Positions 1-7,805 of a DNA stretch of 35,962 nucleotides are shown here, in pieces. Origin of the DNA: Patescibacteria group bacterium (GTDB lineage Bacteria > Patescibacteriota > Patescibacteriia > Magasanikbacterales > JBBTXJ01); NCBI GenBank assembly GCA_038061815.1, contig JBBTYK010000009.1, forward strand, positions 4,335-40,296, read 5' to 3'. How positions within the stretch are numbered: the stretch's first letter is position 1; every line of letters begins with the position of its first letter. A program made the position numbers and the translations under genes. The notes under the pieces are model-generated. The model saw only the letters and a list, made by a program, of their open reading frames with translations. It made no database searches and was not told the origin of the DNA.

Positions 1-1091
1 GCGGTAGCACGTGGTGCAACTGGGATAGCAACGGCTGTCCAACGGGTTGTCAGACTAGCACCACAACCGGTTACTGCGGCGACAAGACCTGCGTTACACC
101 GGAAACCGCTGCCTCGTGTCCTTCGGATTGCGGCACGAGTACCGGTGGCACGTGTACCGGTAACATTTACAGCGGCAACACCACAGCAACATGGTCGTGT
201 GACTGGACGTACTGCAAGAATGGGTGTGACTTTAATTCCAGCGGGTGTGCAAGCACATGCAAGCCAGCCTCAACAACCGCAGCTTGCGGCAACTACGTCT
301 GTGAGAGCGGTGAGACTTCTACCTCGTGCCCTTCAGATTGCGGCACGGGCGGTGGCACGAGCGGCGCTTGTACTCCCAACATCTACAACGCCAACACGAG
401 TGTGTCAGGCTCCTGTGACTGGACGTATTGTACGAGCGGATGTATGTGGAGCGGCAGTTGCGCGACCAGTTGTCAGACGAGCTCATCGCCCGCATCATGC
501 GGCAACCATGTTTGCGACAGCGGCGAGACCACCAGTTCGTGTCCGGCAGATTGCAGTAGCGTGTCTACGACATGCCCATCAACGACGGCAAATGGCAACA
601 CCACATCCTACACTTGCAGTTACACCGCCTGTCCAAGCGGATGCACATGGGACAGTCAAGGATGTCCGAATGGCTGCTACACGGCACCGGCGTCCTCTTG
701 CAACAGCAACGGCGTGTGTGATGGGAGCGAAACAGCATCATCCTGTCCCGCCGATTGCTCCACTCCCACTCCCACCTGTCCCAGCAATGGGTATAATAGC
801 GGTACGGGGAGTTACAGTTGCAACTACACCACCTGTCCGGCTGGATGCACCTGGGATAGTGCAGGATGCCCATCAGGCTGTCAGCCGAATCTCTGCAGCG
901 ACAATACGTTTAACGTGCCCGGCACCACGCAGTGCAATTTCACCACCTGTCCGAGCGGATGCACGTGGGGCGCCAATGCATGTCCGACCGGTTGCTACAC
1001 GGCGCCGCCAACGGCAAGCGGTTTCTTCCGCCGCCTCGGGAGCATTCTCTACGCGCTGATTACGCTTCCTGCGCGCGCGTTCGGCCTGTAG
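1..1091 (+). CDS. Cys/Ser/Thr-rich tandem-repeat secreted or surface protein (5' end outside window)
   Basis: Frame +3 is open from nt 3 to TAG 1089-1091. The ORF-track entry 402..1091 only starts at the first in-frame GTG. At least five ~70-aa modules repeat: CG(N/D)xxCxxGE(T)xxSCPxDC, then xCxYTxCxSGC(T/M)WxxxGCxxxC, joined by S/T-rich linkers. It ends in a hydrophobic tail GFFRRLGSILYALITLPARAFGL. No enzyme motif recognised. Confidence 0.75.
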   Translation, partial: GSTWCNWDSNGCPTGCQTSTTTGYCGDKTCVTPETAASCPSDCGTSTGGTCTGNIYSGNTTATWSCDWTYCKNGCDFNSSGCASTCKPASTTAACGNYVCESGETSTSCPSDCGTGGGTSGACTPNIYNANTSVSGSCDWTYCTSGCMWSGSCATSCQTSSSPASCGNHVCDSGETTSSCPADCSSVSTTCPSTTANGNTTSYTCSYTACPSGCTWDSQGCPNGCYTAPASSCNSNGVCDGSETASSCPADCSTPTPTCPSNGYNSGTGSYSCNYTTCPAGCTWDSAGCPSGCQPNLCSDNTFNVPGTTQCNFTTCPSGCTWGANACPTGCYTAPPTASGFFRRLGSILYALITLPARAFGL

Positions 1092-1112
1092 CCATCAAGC
1101 GCGACAAAACCA

Positions 1113-1143
1113 AAAACAGCCGGGTGTCATCCCCGGCTGTTTT
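1113..1143 (+). terminator. Rho-independent terminator after the repeat-protein gene
   Basis: aaaacagccggg (1113-1124) pairs with cccggctgtttt (1132-1143) around a 7-nt loop, about 22 nt after the TAG. The stem runs into a T tract. Confidence 0.7.
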
Positions 1144-1168
1144 GGTGTATAATGAAGCTGTTGATTTT

Positions 1169-1414
1169 ATGAAGCAGTATATTTTAGGCACACTCGGTTT
1201 GTTGTTGGGAATTGCGATGGTGCTCAAAACTGATGTGTTTCTCCGCAGTTTCGGCCGGATTGACTGGTTTGAAGAACATCTGGCGACATCGGGCGGGTCG
1301 CGGGCGGGATATAAAATCATCGGGGTTGTCTTTATCCTCATGGCGCTTCTGGCGCTCACCGGACAGTTCGGCGCTCTTGCCGGCGGCGCGCTGAAAAAGA
1401 TATTTGTGCGGTAA
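1169..1414 (+). CDS. Small membrane protein (81 aa, two predicted TM helices)
   Basis: ATG 1169 lies inside ORF-track entry 932..1414, whose upstream part overlaps the previous CDS and terminator. Hydrophobic segments: ILGTLGLLLGIAMVL and IIGVVFILMALLALTGQFGALAGGAL. TATAAT at 1148-1153. Confidence 0.6.
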   Translation: MKQYILGTLGLLLGIAMVLKTDVFLRSFGRIDWFEEHLATSGGSRAGYKIIGVVFILMALLALTGQFGALAGGALKKIFVR

Positions 1415-1415
1415 T

Positions 1416-1958
1416 ATGTACGACATACATACGGCATTGCATCCGCGGACGTTGAGCGAGGCGGCGAATCTTGCGCTCGGCATGCGCGTTGCGGATGTCG
1501 GCTGCGGCGCGCACGGCGGTTTGGTGTACCATCTGGCGCGCACGGTGGGGCCTGACGGGCGCGTGTACGCGGTGGATGTGCAGCCGCACGTTTTGAATAT
1601 CGTTGAGCGCGGGAATATTTTTGACGTTCCATCCGCGCCCATTGAAACCGTGTGGTCGGATATTGAACATTATGGCGGCGCCGCCATTCCCCACGGCTCA
1701 CTTGACCGTATCTTTCTCGTTAATGTAGTATCGGAACTGCGCGACATTCTTGCGGCGCTCCGCGAGTGCGACCGGCTGCTTGCGGAGGAGGGAGCGATGC
1801 TCGTGGTGGATTGGGGAAGTGAAGCCCATCCGCTCGCGCCGGCGGCCGTGGTGCCGCCGGAGGTGATAGCGAATGCCGCGGCGGAACTCGGCACACTGCG
1901 GCTCGCGGCGTTGCAGCCGTTTGGTGAGCATCATTATGGAATGGTGTTTGAGAAGTAA
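1416..1958 (+). CDS. Class I SAM-dependent methyltransferase
   Basis: Motif I VADVGCGAHGG, acidic residue after beta2 (VYAVD), and LLAEEGAMLVVDW. ATG 1416 lies 1 nt after the upstream TAA. TTG 1404 is the ORF-track alternative start. Confidence 0.8.
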   Translation: MYDIHTALHPRTLSEAANLALGMRVADVGCGAHGGLVYHLARTVGPDGRVYAVDVQPHVLNIVERGNIFDVPSAPIETVWSDIEHYGGAAIPHGSLDRIFLVNVVSELRDILAALRECDRLLAEEGAMLVVDWGSEAHPLAPAAVVPPEVIANAAAELGTLRLAALQPFGEHHYGMVFEK

Positions 1959-1961
1959 CGT

Positions 1962-2369
1962 ATGTCTTTAGGCAACATCTTGACCGCATCCTATTGGTTT
2001 CAATCACCGCTTTCTCCGACTCCGCGCGCGCTTTGGATTATGGGCGTCGTGTGGGGGTTGTTTATTGTTTTTGCCGTGGTCGCCTCCGTACGGTTGCGTA
2101 CGGCGCGCGACGGCGTTGCGCGCGGCGTGTGGCGCCGGTTTGCGGCATGGGCGTGGACGATGGGTATTCTCGGATGGCTGTTATTTTTCGCACGGTTTGA
2201 GCGAGTGCTCATTTTTAATCGGCGCTACTGGTGGATTGTCTGGCTGATTCCCGCCGTCATTTGGTTTTTGTTGGTGCGGCGCCATGCCCGCGAGCGCGCG
2301 CCGGCGCTGTCCGCGGCCGCTCGAGACGCAGCCTATCGTGAACGATATTTACCAAAATCAAAGAAATAA
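1962..2369 (+). CDS. Hypothetical membrane protein (135 aa)
   Basis: ATG 1962 lies 3 nt after the upstream TAA. Three Trp-rich hydrophobic helices: WIMGVVWGLFIVFAVVASV, WTMGILGWLLFFARF, WWIVWLIPAVIWFLLV. No family recognised. Confidence 0.65.
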   Translation: MSLGNILTASYWFQSPLSPTPRALWIMGVVWGLFIVFAVVASVRLRTARDGVARGVWRRFAAWAWTMGILGWLLFFARFERVLIFNRRYWWIVWLIPAVIWFLLVRRHARERAPALSAAARDAAYRERYLPKSKK

Positions 2370-2706
2370 AACCGGCCAATGGGGCGAACGCGTGGCGGTG
2401 AAGTACGCGCTTGCTCACGGGTATCGGATTGTGGCGACGCATGTGTGGTATCGCGACGGTGAGGTGGATGTGGTGGCGGTGAAGGGAGGAGTTTTGTTTT
2501 TTATGGAGGTGAAGACGCGCGCAAACGAGCGGTACGGTACGGTTGAGGCGGTCACGCGCGGCAAACGCGCCCGTCTGATGAGGGCGGCCCAGCGATTTTG
2601 CATGAGCCGCGGCCTCGCCGGAGCGCCCTGCCAGTTTGATTGCCTCGTGGTGCTCGGCCGAGCGGGTGATTCTGCCGTCACAGTGCGGCACTATCGCAAC
2701 ATTTGA
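2338..2706 (+). CDS. yraN: YraN family (UPF0102) endonuclease-like protein
   Basis: QWGERVAVKYALAHGYRIV...GEVDVVAVKGGVLFFMEVKTR...FDCLVVL fits the YraN pattern (GE..A..Y, E-[IV]D-h-h-A, EVKxR). Start is ambiguous: GTG 2338 (32-nt overlap with the upstream gene) or ATG 2284 (86-nt overlap). Confidence 0.8.
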   Translation: MNDIYQNQRNKTGQWGERVAVKYALAHGYRIVATHVWYRDGEVDVVAVKGGVLFFMEVKTRANERYGTVEAVTRGKRARLMRAAQRFCMSRGLAGAPCQFDCLVVLGRAGDSAVTVRHYRNI

Positions 2707-2731
2707 CAACTCTGTACGTCGTTGCTATACT
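2703..2731 (+). promoter_or_regulatory. Sigma70-like promoter upstream of nusA
   Basis: TTGACA (2703-2708, overlapping the YraN TGA), 17-nt spacer, TATACT (2726-2731). Confidence 0.55.
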
Positions 2732-2735
2732 AGGT

Positions 2736-2763
2736 AAAACCAGCCTAGAACGCTGGCTTTTTT
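2736..2763 (+). terminator. Terminator-like hairpin plus T tract: nusA leader attenuator or terminator of the yraN operon
   Basis: ccagc (2740-2744) pairs with gctgg (2752-2756), with A/T extension, followed by CTTTTTT. It sits between the promoter-like element and nusA ATG 2776. Confidence 0.4.
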
Positions 2764-2775
2764 CATAAAAATGCT

Positions 2776-3969
2776 ATGTCATCGGAAATAACCAAAGCAA
2801 TCCAGTATATCTGCGAAGACAAAGGCCTCGCTCCCGAGGCCGTGTTAGAGACGATTGAGGTCGCGCTCGCGGCGGCCTTTCGCAAGGATTTTGGAAATAA
2901 ATTGCAGAATATCAAGGTGAAGTTTGACCCGGAAACCGGCGATATGAAGGTGTGGGATGAGAAGGTGGTGGTGGAGGATGCCGACGTTGAGGCGCAGGAG
3001 GCGGCGTTTGCCGCGTATATTGAACGAAAAACGGCGGCGGAGTCGCAGCATGAAGAGCTTGTTGAGGAAGAGCCGCTTCGGTTTAATCCAAAGAATGAAA
3101 TCATGCTGAAGGATGCGGTTGTCGTGAAAGCGGATGCCGCGGTTGGCGACGTTATGGTGACGCCGCTTGATGTGCCGGCGGCGTTTGGGCGCATGGCGGC
3201 GCAAACCGCGAAACAGGTCATCATTCAGAAATTGCGCGAAGCGGAACGCGAAACTATTTTTGGCGATTTCAAAGATAAAGAAGGCGCCATTTTGACGGGA
3301 ACGGTGCAGCGGCGCGAGATGCGCGGAGTGCTGGTTGATTTCGGAAAAATTTCCGGTATCATTCCGCCGGAAGAACAAATGCGCGGCGAGCAGTACATTC
3401 CGGGTCGTCGTATCAAGGTGTATGTGGTGTCGGTTGCGATGGGGAGCCGCGGGCCGGAAATCATTTTGTCGCGCAGCCACACCGGCATGGTTCAGCGTAT
3501 TTTTGAAAAAGAAATTCCGGAAATTGCGGCTGGGGTCGTGGTTATTCGCGGCATTGCCCGCGATGCGGGCGTGCGGAGCAAAGTTGCGGTTGCCACGGAG
3601 GATGAGGGCATTGACCCCATTGGTTCGTGTATCGGCCAGCGCGGCAGCCGCATTCAAGTGGTGATTGACGAACTGGGCGGCGAAAAAATTGACATCATCG
3701 CGTACGATGAGGACCCGCAGACGTACATCGCGCATGCGCTCTCGCCGGCAAAGGTGGGGAAGGTTGAGCTGAACGAAGCCGGGAAGACCGCGGTGGTTTC
3801 AGTGTCGGCTGACCAATTCTCGCTTGCCATCGGCCGCGGCGGACAGAACGTGCGCTTGGCGGCGCAACTGACGGGCTGGAAGATTAATGTGGCGCAGGAA
3901 GGCGGCGAAGGGGAACAACAGTATTCAAGCGAGGAGAACCCTGAAGCCGAAGGCGAAACAGCGCCATAA
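2776..3969 (+). CDS. nusA: Transcription termination/antitermination factor NusA
   Basis: N-terminal NusA domain, S1 domain (GTVQRREMRGVLVDFGKISGIIPPEEQ...RIKVYVVSV), and two KH domains with GxxG loops (IGQRGSRIQ, IGRGGQNVRLA). Acidic C-terminal tail. Confidence 0.95.
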   Translation: MSSEITKAIQYICEDKGLAPEAVLETIEVALAAAFRKDFGNKLQNIKVKFDPETGDMKVWDEKVVVEDADVEAQEAAFAAYIERKTAAESQHEELVEEEPLRFNPKNEIMLKDAVVVKADAAVGDVMVTPLDVPAAFGRMAAQTAKQVIIQKLREAERETIFGDFKDKEGAILTGTVQRREMRGVLVDFGKISGIIPPEEQMRGEQYIPGRRIKVYVVSVAMGSRGPEIILSRSHTGMVQRIFEKEIPEIAAGVVVIRGIARDAGVRSKVAVATEDEGIDPIGSCIGQRGSRIQVVIDELGGEKIDIIAYDEDPQTYIAHALSPAKVGKVELNEAGKTAVVSVSADQFSLAIGRGGQNVRLAAQLTGWKINVAQEGGEGEQQYSSEENPEAEGETAP

Positions 3970-3970
3970 T

Positions 3971-4687
3971 ATGTCATCACTTTTTCAAACGATTCTCTAC
4001 CAGCCGCTTTTTAACGCGCTTGTTGGATTATACAACCTCATCCCCGGCACCGACATCGGCCTCGCCATTATTGCGCTGACCGTTTTCATTAAGGTGTTGC
4101 TGTACCCCTTGATGAACGCGTCCATCAAGGTGCAGAAATCACTGCAGGATTTACAGCCGAAATTGCAGGAATTGAAACAGCGCTACGGGAACAACAAAGA
4201 GGAGATGACGAAGCGGACGCTTGAATTGTACAAGACGCACAAAGTGAATCCGCTTTCTTCATGTTTGCCGATTCTCGTTCAAATTCCCATTTTGCTTGCA
4301 TTGTATTGGGTGTTGCGTGACGGGCTGGCAACAACCGATTTCTCGCGTTTGTATTCATTTGTCACGAATCCGGGCGCGCTTGACCCTGTGATGTTTGGAT
4401 TTGTGAATTTGGCGAAGCCGAATATTGTTCTGGCGATTTTGGCGGGCGCGGCGCAGTTTTGGCAGTCAAAGATGCTCATCGCAAAGCGGCCGCCTGCCGC
4501 TGCGGCGGCTGCGGGGGGCAAGGATGAGGATTTTGCCGCAATCATGAACAAACAGATGACGTACTTCATGCCGATTGTCACTGTGCTCGTGGGATTCCAG
4601 CTTCCGGGCGGACTGACGCTGTATTGGCTTGCGAGCACGGTGCTCACGGCGTTGCAGCAGTTGGTGGTGTTTCGGAAGGTCGCCTAG
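3971..4687 (+). CDS. yidC: Membrane protein insertase YidC (short form, 238 aa)
   Basis: ATG 3971 lies 1 nt after the nusA TAA. YidC/Oxa1 core blocks: NPLSSCLPILVQIPILLALYWVL and GGLTLYWLASTVLTALQQ. No large periplasmic domain. Confidence 0.9.
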   Translation: MSSLFQTILYQPLFNALVGLYNLIPGTDIGLAIIALTVFIKVLLYPLMNASIKVQKSLQDLQPKLQELKQRYGNNKEEMTKRTLELYKTHKVNPLSSCLPILVQIPILLALYWVLRDGLATTDFSRLYSFVTNPGALDPVMFGFVNLAKPNIVLAILAGAAQFWQSKMLIAKRPPAAAAAAGGKDEDFAAIMNKQMTYFMPIVTVLVGFQLPGGLTLYWLASTVLTALQQLVVFRKVA

Positions 4688-4883
4688 CTTGCGAATATAT
4701 TTCGGGCTCGGGAGCGGATTTTTCTCGGCTTCAGAAACTCGCCTTCCCCGATGCGGAGCATCGGGGAACCGGCCTCGGCCGCCTCGCAGCGACCGCAATA
4801 CACCATCTGTCGGCGGCCTCGGCCTGGCTCAAACACTTCGCCTGCGAAAAATTCGCATCCCTCCGCCCTAATCGGATTAATTA

Positions 4884-4912
4884 TTGACAAAACACATACC
4901 TTTCGATAGTGT
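4884..4912 (+). promoter_or_regulatory. Sigma70-like promoter upstream of the SemiSWEET gene
   Basis: TTGACA (4884-4889), 17-nt spacer, TAGTGT (4907-4912). Confidence 0.5.
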
Positions 4913-4938
4913 GTGAGGAACGTACAGAAAGGAGACAC

Positions 4939-5223
4939 GTGATTACGTATCTCGGTTTGCTCGCCGCGGCGATTACCTCGGCTGGGCCGTTCTTGCAGAT
5001 GGTGAAAACCATGCGGACGCGCGAGACCGACCATCTGTCGTGGGGCATGTGGATTTCCTTTTGCATCGGGATTACGCTCTGGATTATCTACGGCATCGTG
5101 CGGCGCGATGTTCCGGTAATCGTTGCGAACGTGGTGACGCTTCTCTTTTCGGCGGTCATCGTGGGCGTGATGGTGCAGAACCGTCGCGCGCGCGTCACTC
5201 GCAAACCGAGCGGGCGCTTTTAG
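4939..5223 (+). CDS. SemiSWEET / PQ-loop family sugar transporter half-unit (94 aa)
   Basis: GTG 4939 is preceded by AAAGGAG (4928-4934). Three TM helices and a PQ-loop-like GPFLQMVKTMRTRETDHLS followed by WISFCIGITLWIIYG. The ORF-track start (GTG 4909) lies inside the -10 box. Confidence 0.75.
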   Translation: MITYLGLLAAAITSAGPFLQMVKTMRTRETDHLSWGMWISFCIGITLWIIYGIVRRDVPVIVANVVTLLFSAVIVGVMVQNRRARVTRKPSGRF

Positions 5224-5242
5224 GCGCCGCCGCATCATGAAC

Positions 5243-5275
5243 AACCGCGCCGATGTGTACTGGCGCGGTTTTTTT
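5243..5275 (+). terminator. Rho-independent terminator
   Basis: aaccgcgcc (5243-5251) pairs with ggcgcggtt (5262-5270), then a T tract, 20 nt after TAG 5221-5223. Confidence 0.75.
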
Positions 5276-5305
5276 ATACCGTACCGTATGGTAGAGTAGA
5301 GAGGT

Positions 5306-6196
5306 ATGTTGCGCACGCTCGCTTTTTTTGACGTTTTTGACCACCCGCTCTCGTTGTATGAGTGGTACGCATGGTCGTTGCGCGATGCGTGGCGTTCATG
5401 GGGCGCATTTCGCGACGCAGTGGATGCCCTTGAATGCGAGGGCCGCATTCGCGTGATTGACGGAATGGCGGCGCTGGCGGGACGGGAGCGGTTGATTGAG
5501 GCGCGTCGCGCGCGACAGGCGGTGATTGCACGCAACATGAAACGCGCCATGGGCGTGGCGCGGCTGCTTCAATGGGTGCCGTTCGTGGAGTTCGCGGCGG
5601 TGTGCAACCGATTGTCTGTTGGGCATCCTCACGAGGAGAGCGATATTGACGTGGTGATTATGATTCGCGATGGGCGGCTGTGGTTCGGACGATTGCTCGT
5701 GACGGCGTTTCTTCATCTCGCCGGTTTGCGGCGCCACGGGAACCGCATCGCGCGGCGCGTGTGTTTGAGTTTTTATCTGACACCGCGCGCCGCGGATTTG
5801 CAAACGATTGCGCTTCGCGATTGCGATGATGTCTATCTGCGATATTGGGTCGCGCATATTATTCCGCTTTTTGCGCGCGCGGGAGCGTTGGAAGATTTTT
5901 GGCGCGCGAACGAATGGGCGCATCATGCGTTGCATCAGGCGCCGCGGCCGGCGCCGCTGTTGCGCCGCCGTGCGCCGATTGCGGTTTTTGTGGCGGAGTG
6001 GCTGTTGGGCGGATGGGTGGGCAACGTGTGCGAGCGCGCGAGCCGCGCAGTGCAGTTGCGGCGCATGGGCAACGCGGCGGCGGGTCGCGGCACGGCCGTG
6101 GTGATTTCAGATGCCATGCTGAAGTTTCATGAAAATGACCGGAGACAATGGTACGCTGAACAATGGGAAGAGCGCGTTCGCGCCGTGGGCGCATAG
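5306..6196 (+). CDS. Hypothetical protein with a nucleotidyltransferase-like signature
   Basis: 296-aa ORF starting at ATG 5306, after GAGAGG. VGHPHEESDIDVVIMI resembles the G-x..D-x-D strand of Pol-beta-type nucleotidyltransferases. The rest is unassigned. Its 3' end overlaps the next ORF by 68 nt. Confidence 0.65.
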   Translation: MLRTLAFFDVFDHPLSLYEWYAWSLRDAWRSWGAFRDAVDALECEGRIRVIDGMAALAGRERLIEARRARQAVIARNMKRAMGVARLLQWVPFVEFAAVCNRLSVGHPHEESDIDVVIMIRDGRLWFGRLLVTAFLHLAGLRRHGNRIARRVCLSFYLTPRAADLQTIALRDCDDVYLRYWVAHIIPLFARAGALEDFWRANEWAHHALHQAPRPAPLLRRRAPIAVFVAEWLLGGWVGNVCERASRAVQLRRMGNAAAGRGTAVVISDAMLKFHENDRRQWYAEQWEERVRAVGA

Positions 6197-7553
6197 GGCG
6201 CGTTTCGCGCTTACCGCGCTTTTTTTTGTGGCGCTCCCGTGGCAGACACGGTGGATTTATCGCACATCTCCGATTCACCCTGATGCGGAATGGGGGCGTT
6301 TATCATGGTATGCGAGCGAGATGCTCCTTGGCGTGTTGCTCCTGTGGGCTATTGCGCATGCAATATGGTTGTGGCGCACGGGACGGTTCGCACGCCAGCC
6401 GTTTACACGCGAACGATGGTGGCTTGTCGGCGCGCTGGCAGTTCTGGCGTACGGTGTTTTGCGTTCCGTTTTAAACGATGCTCCGGCTGCCGGTCTTCAG
6501 CATTCATGGTGGCTTCTTGAGGCGGTTTTGACGATTGTTTTTTTACAAAGCGGCTGGTTTCCGTGGCGCGCGGCAGTATATGGATTTTTAATAGGCATGA
6601 CGATAGCCGCGTTGCTTGGAATAGGGCAGGTTGTTTTTCAATACGCGCCTGCGCAAAAATGGCTGGGGCTTGCCGAGCACATTCCCGCGCAAGGCGGCGC
6701 TTCGGTTGTTGAGTATGGCAGCACGCGATTTCTTCGCGCGTATGGCCCTTTTCCGCATCCCAATATATTTGGCGGTTATTTGGTGGCGGCGTTTTTATTT
6801 GTCATCCTGAGGCCCCGACAAATCGGGGCCGAAGGATCACGTACGAATGATGGTAACCCACCGGGATTCTTCAACTCCTACGCCGGGCTTCGGAGTTTCA
6901 GAATGACTCATCGGGTACTTACCATTCTTTTTACAGTCGCGCTCGCCCTCACCTTTTCGCGCGGCGCGTGGATTGCGTGGATTGCCGTGCTGTTGGCAGC
7001 GCTGTTTGTGCAAAAAAATCGCGCGTTCTCATCGGTGGCGTTATCTGTGCTCACCATGGGTGTCGTGCTCGGTGCTCTGTGGCCGGTGACTATCACGCGG
7101 TTTGACCGGACCGCGCGATTGGAAGCGCGTGCCATTGAGGAGCGGACAACGAGTGTCGCCGATGGCATCGCGTTATGGAAGCGCACGCCATGGTTCGGCG
7201 TCGGGCCGTCGCAATATGTGAACACGTTTTTTGTTCAACATCCTCCGTCAGAGGCGGATTTCGCGTGGTGGCAGCTCGCGCCGCCGCACCATACCGGTGT
7301 TGCGTTGCTCGTTGAGTATGGCGCGGTGGGCGCAACACTCGTCATACTCACGGCGTTGTTATTCCTCCGGTCTCTCATAAAAGGGGGAGAGTATCGCCCG
7401 TTGTTGTGGTTTTTGCCGCTCGTCGCACTCATGCAATTTGACCATTATCCATGGTCGCTGTATAGCGGTGTCATGCTTGTTGCTTTGTTTGCTGGATTTC
7501 GTACACATTCCATCCACACCATTTCCACCGTTGATACACAAATACGCTCTTGA
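6129..7553 (+). CDS. O-antigen ligase / Wzy_C family polytopic membrane protein
   Basis: 474 aa with many TM helices. Blocks HPNIFGGYL, LTFSRGAWIAWIAVLL and WFGVGPSQY parallel GNP(L/I)Y, ETR(G/A) and GWGxxNF in the paralog-like genes at 20829 and 23114. Start is ATG 6129 or 6135. Carries an in-frame repeat element (6801-6908). Confidence 0.85.
   Translation: MKMTGDNGTLNNGKSAFAPWAHRARFALTALFFVALPWQTRWIYRTSPIHPDAEWGRLSWYASEMLLGVLLLWAIAHAIWLWRTGRFARQPFTRERWWLVGALAVLAYGVLRSVLNDAPAAGLQHSWWLLEAVLTIVFLQSGWFPWRAAVYGFLIGMTIAALLGIGQVVFQYAPAQKWLGLAEHIPAQGGASVVEYGSTRFLRAYGPFPHPNIFGGYLVAAFLFVILRPRQIGAEGSRTNDGNPPGFFNSYAGLRSFRMTHRVLTILFTVALALTFSRGAWIAWIAVLLAALFVQKNRAFSSVALSVLTMGVVLGALWPVTITRFDRTARLEARAIEERTTSVADGIALWKRTPWFGVGPSQYVNTFFVQHPPSEADFAWWQLAPPHHTGVALLVEYGAVGATLVILTALLFLRSLIKGGEYRPLLWFLPLVALMQFDHYPWSLYSGVMLVALFAGFRTHSIHTISTVDTQIRS
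6801..6908. repeat. Hairpin-module doublet (ATCCT + ATTCT boxes) inserted in frame in the O-antigen-ligase gene
   Basis: gtcATCCTgag-gccccga/tcggggc-cgaAGGATc ... gggATTCTtca-actcc/ggagt-ttcAGAATgac. It translates as VILRPRQIGAEGSRTNDGNPPGFFNSYAGLRSFRMT. Confidence 0.8.
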
Positions 7554-7648
7554 CAGGTTTCGTTCCTCGTGAAACGATACTAATAGAGATACAAGGCCCA
7601 TCCGAGCCATGCAGAGGGACGGGCAGTTGTTCAGAAAGAGGAGAGCGC

Positions 7649-7712
7649 AAAAAGGCCTCGAGTGGGCTTCGCCCGTTGACAAGCACGGTCGTAGTTTCCT
7701 TGAGGCTTTTTT
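7649..7712 (+). terminator. Candidate terminator ~100 nt after the O-antigen-ligase gene
   Basis: An A tract (7649-7653), then gcctcgag (7655-7662) pairing with cttgaggc (7699-7706, one G-U), enclosing two small hairpins (gggc/gccc, gac/gtc), followed by TTTTTT (7707-7712). Confidence 0.5.
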
Positions 7713-7761
7713 GATCCCATACTTAAACGGACGTAACGGTCCACAGGGTATCAAAAAAGCC
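7704..7761. repeat. 15-bp inverted repeat (long hairpin) overlapping the preceding T tract
   Basis: ggcttttttgatccc (7704-7718) pairs with gggtatcaaaaaagcc (7746-7761) with one bulged base. The 27-nt loop contains ggac/gtcc. Confidence 0.6.
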
Positions 7762-7805
7762 AGAAGGAGGTTATAACCACTCACCGCTTAATTCATAACA
7801 TACCT

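Noticed and set aside
145-1059. 304-aa ORF (MARVPVTFTAATPQQ...) overlapping the Cys-rich repeat gene in another frame
   Set aside because: Its composition is Ala/Arg/Pro/Val-rich and low in complexity, typical of an out-of-frame shadow in GC-rich DNA. The +3 frame shows a precise periodic Cys pattern and is followed by a terminator.
5306-7553. The 68-nt overlap between the nucleotidyltransferase-like ORF and the O-antigen-ligase ORF as evidence of a frameshifted single gene
   Set aside because: The two products have unrelated character, one soluble and one polytopic membrane. The downstream ORF needs its first TM helix (ARFALTALFFVALPW), which lies within or just after the overlap. Overlapping starts also occur elsewhere in this window (tsaC/rsmA, the 135-aa ORF/yraN).
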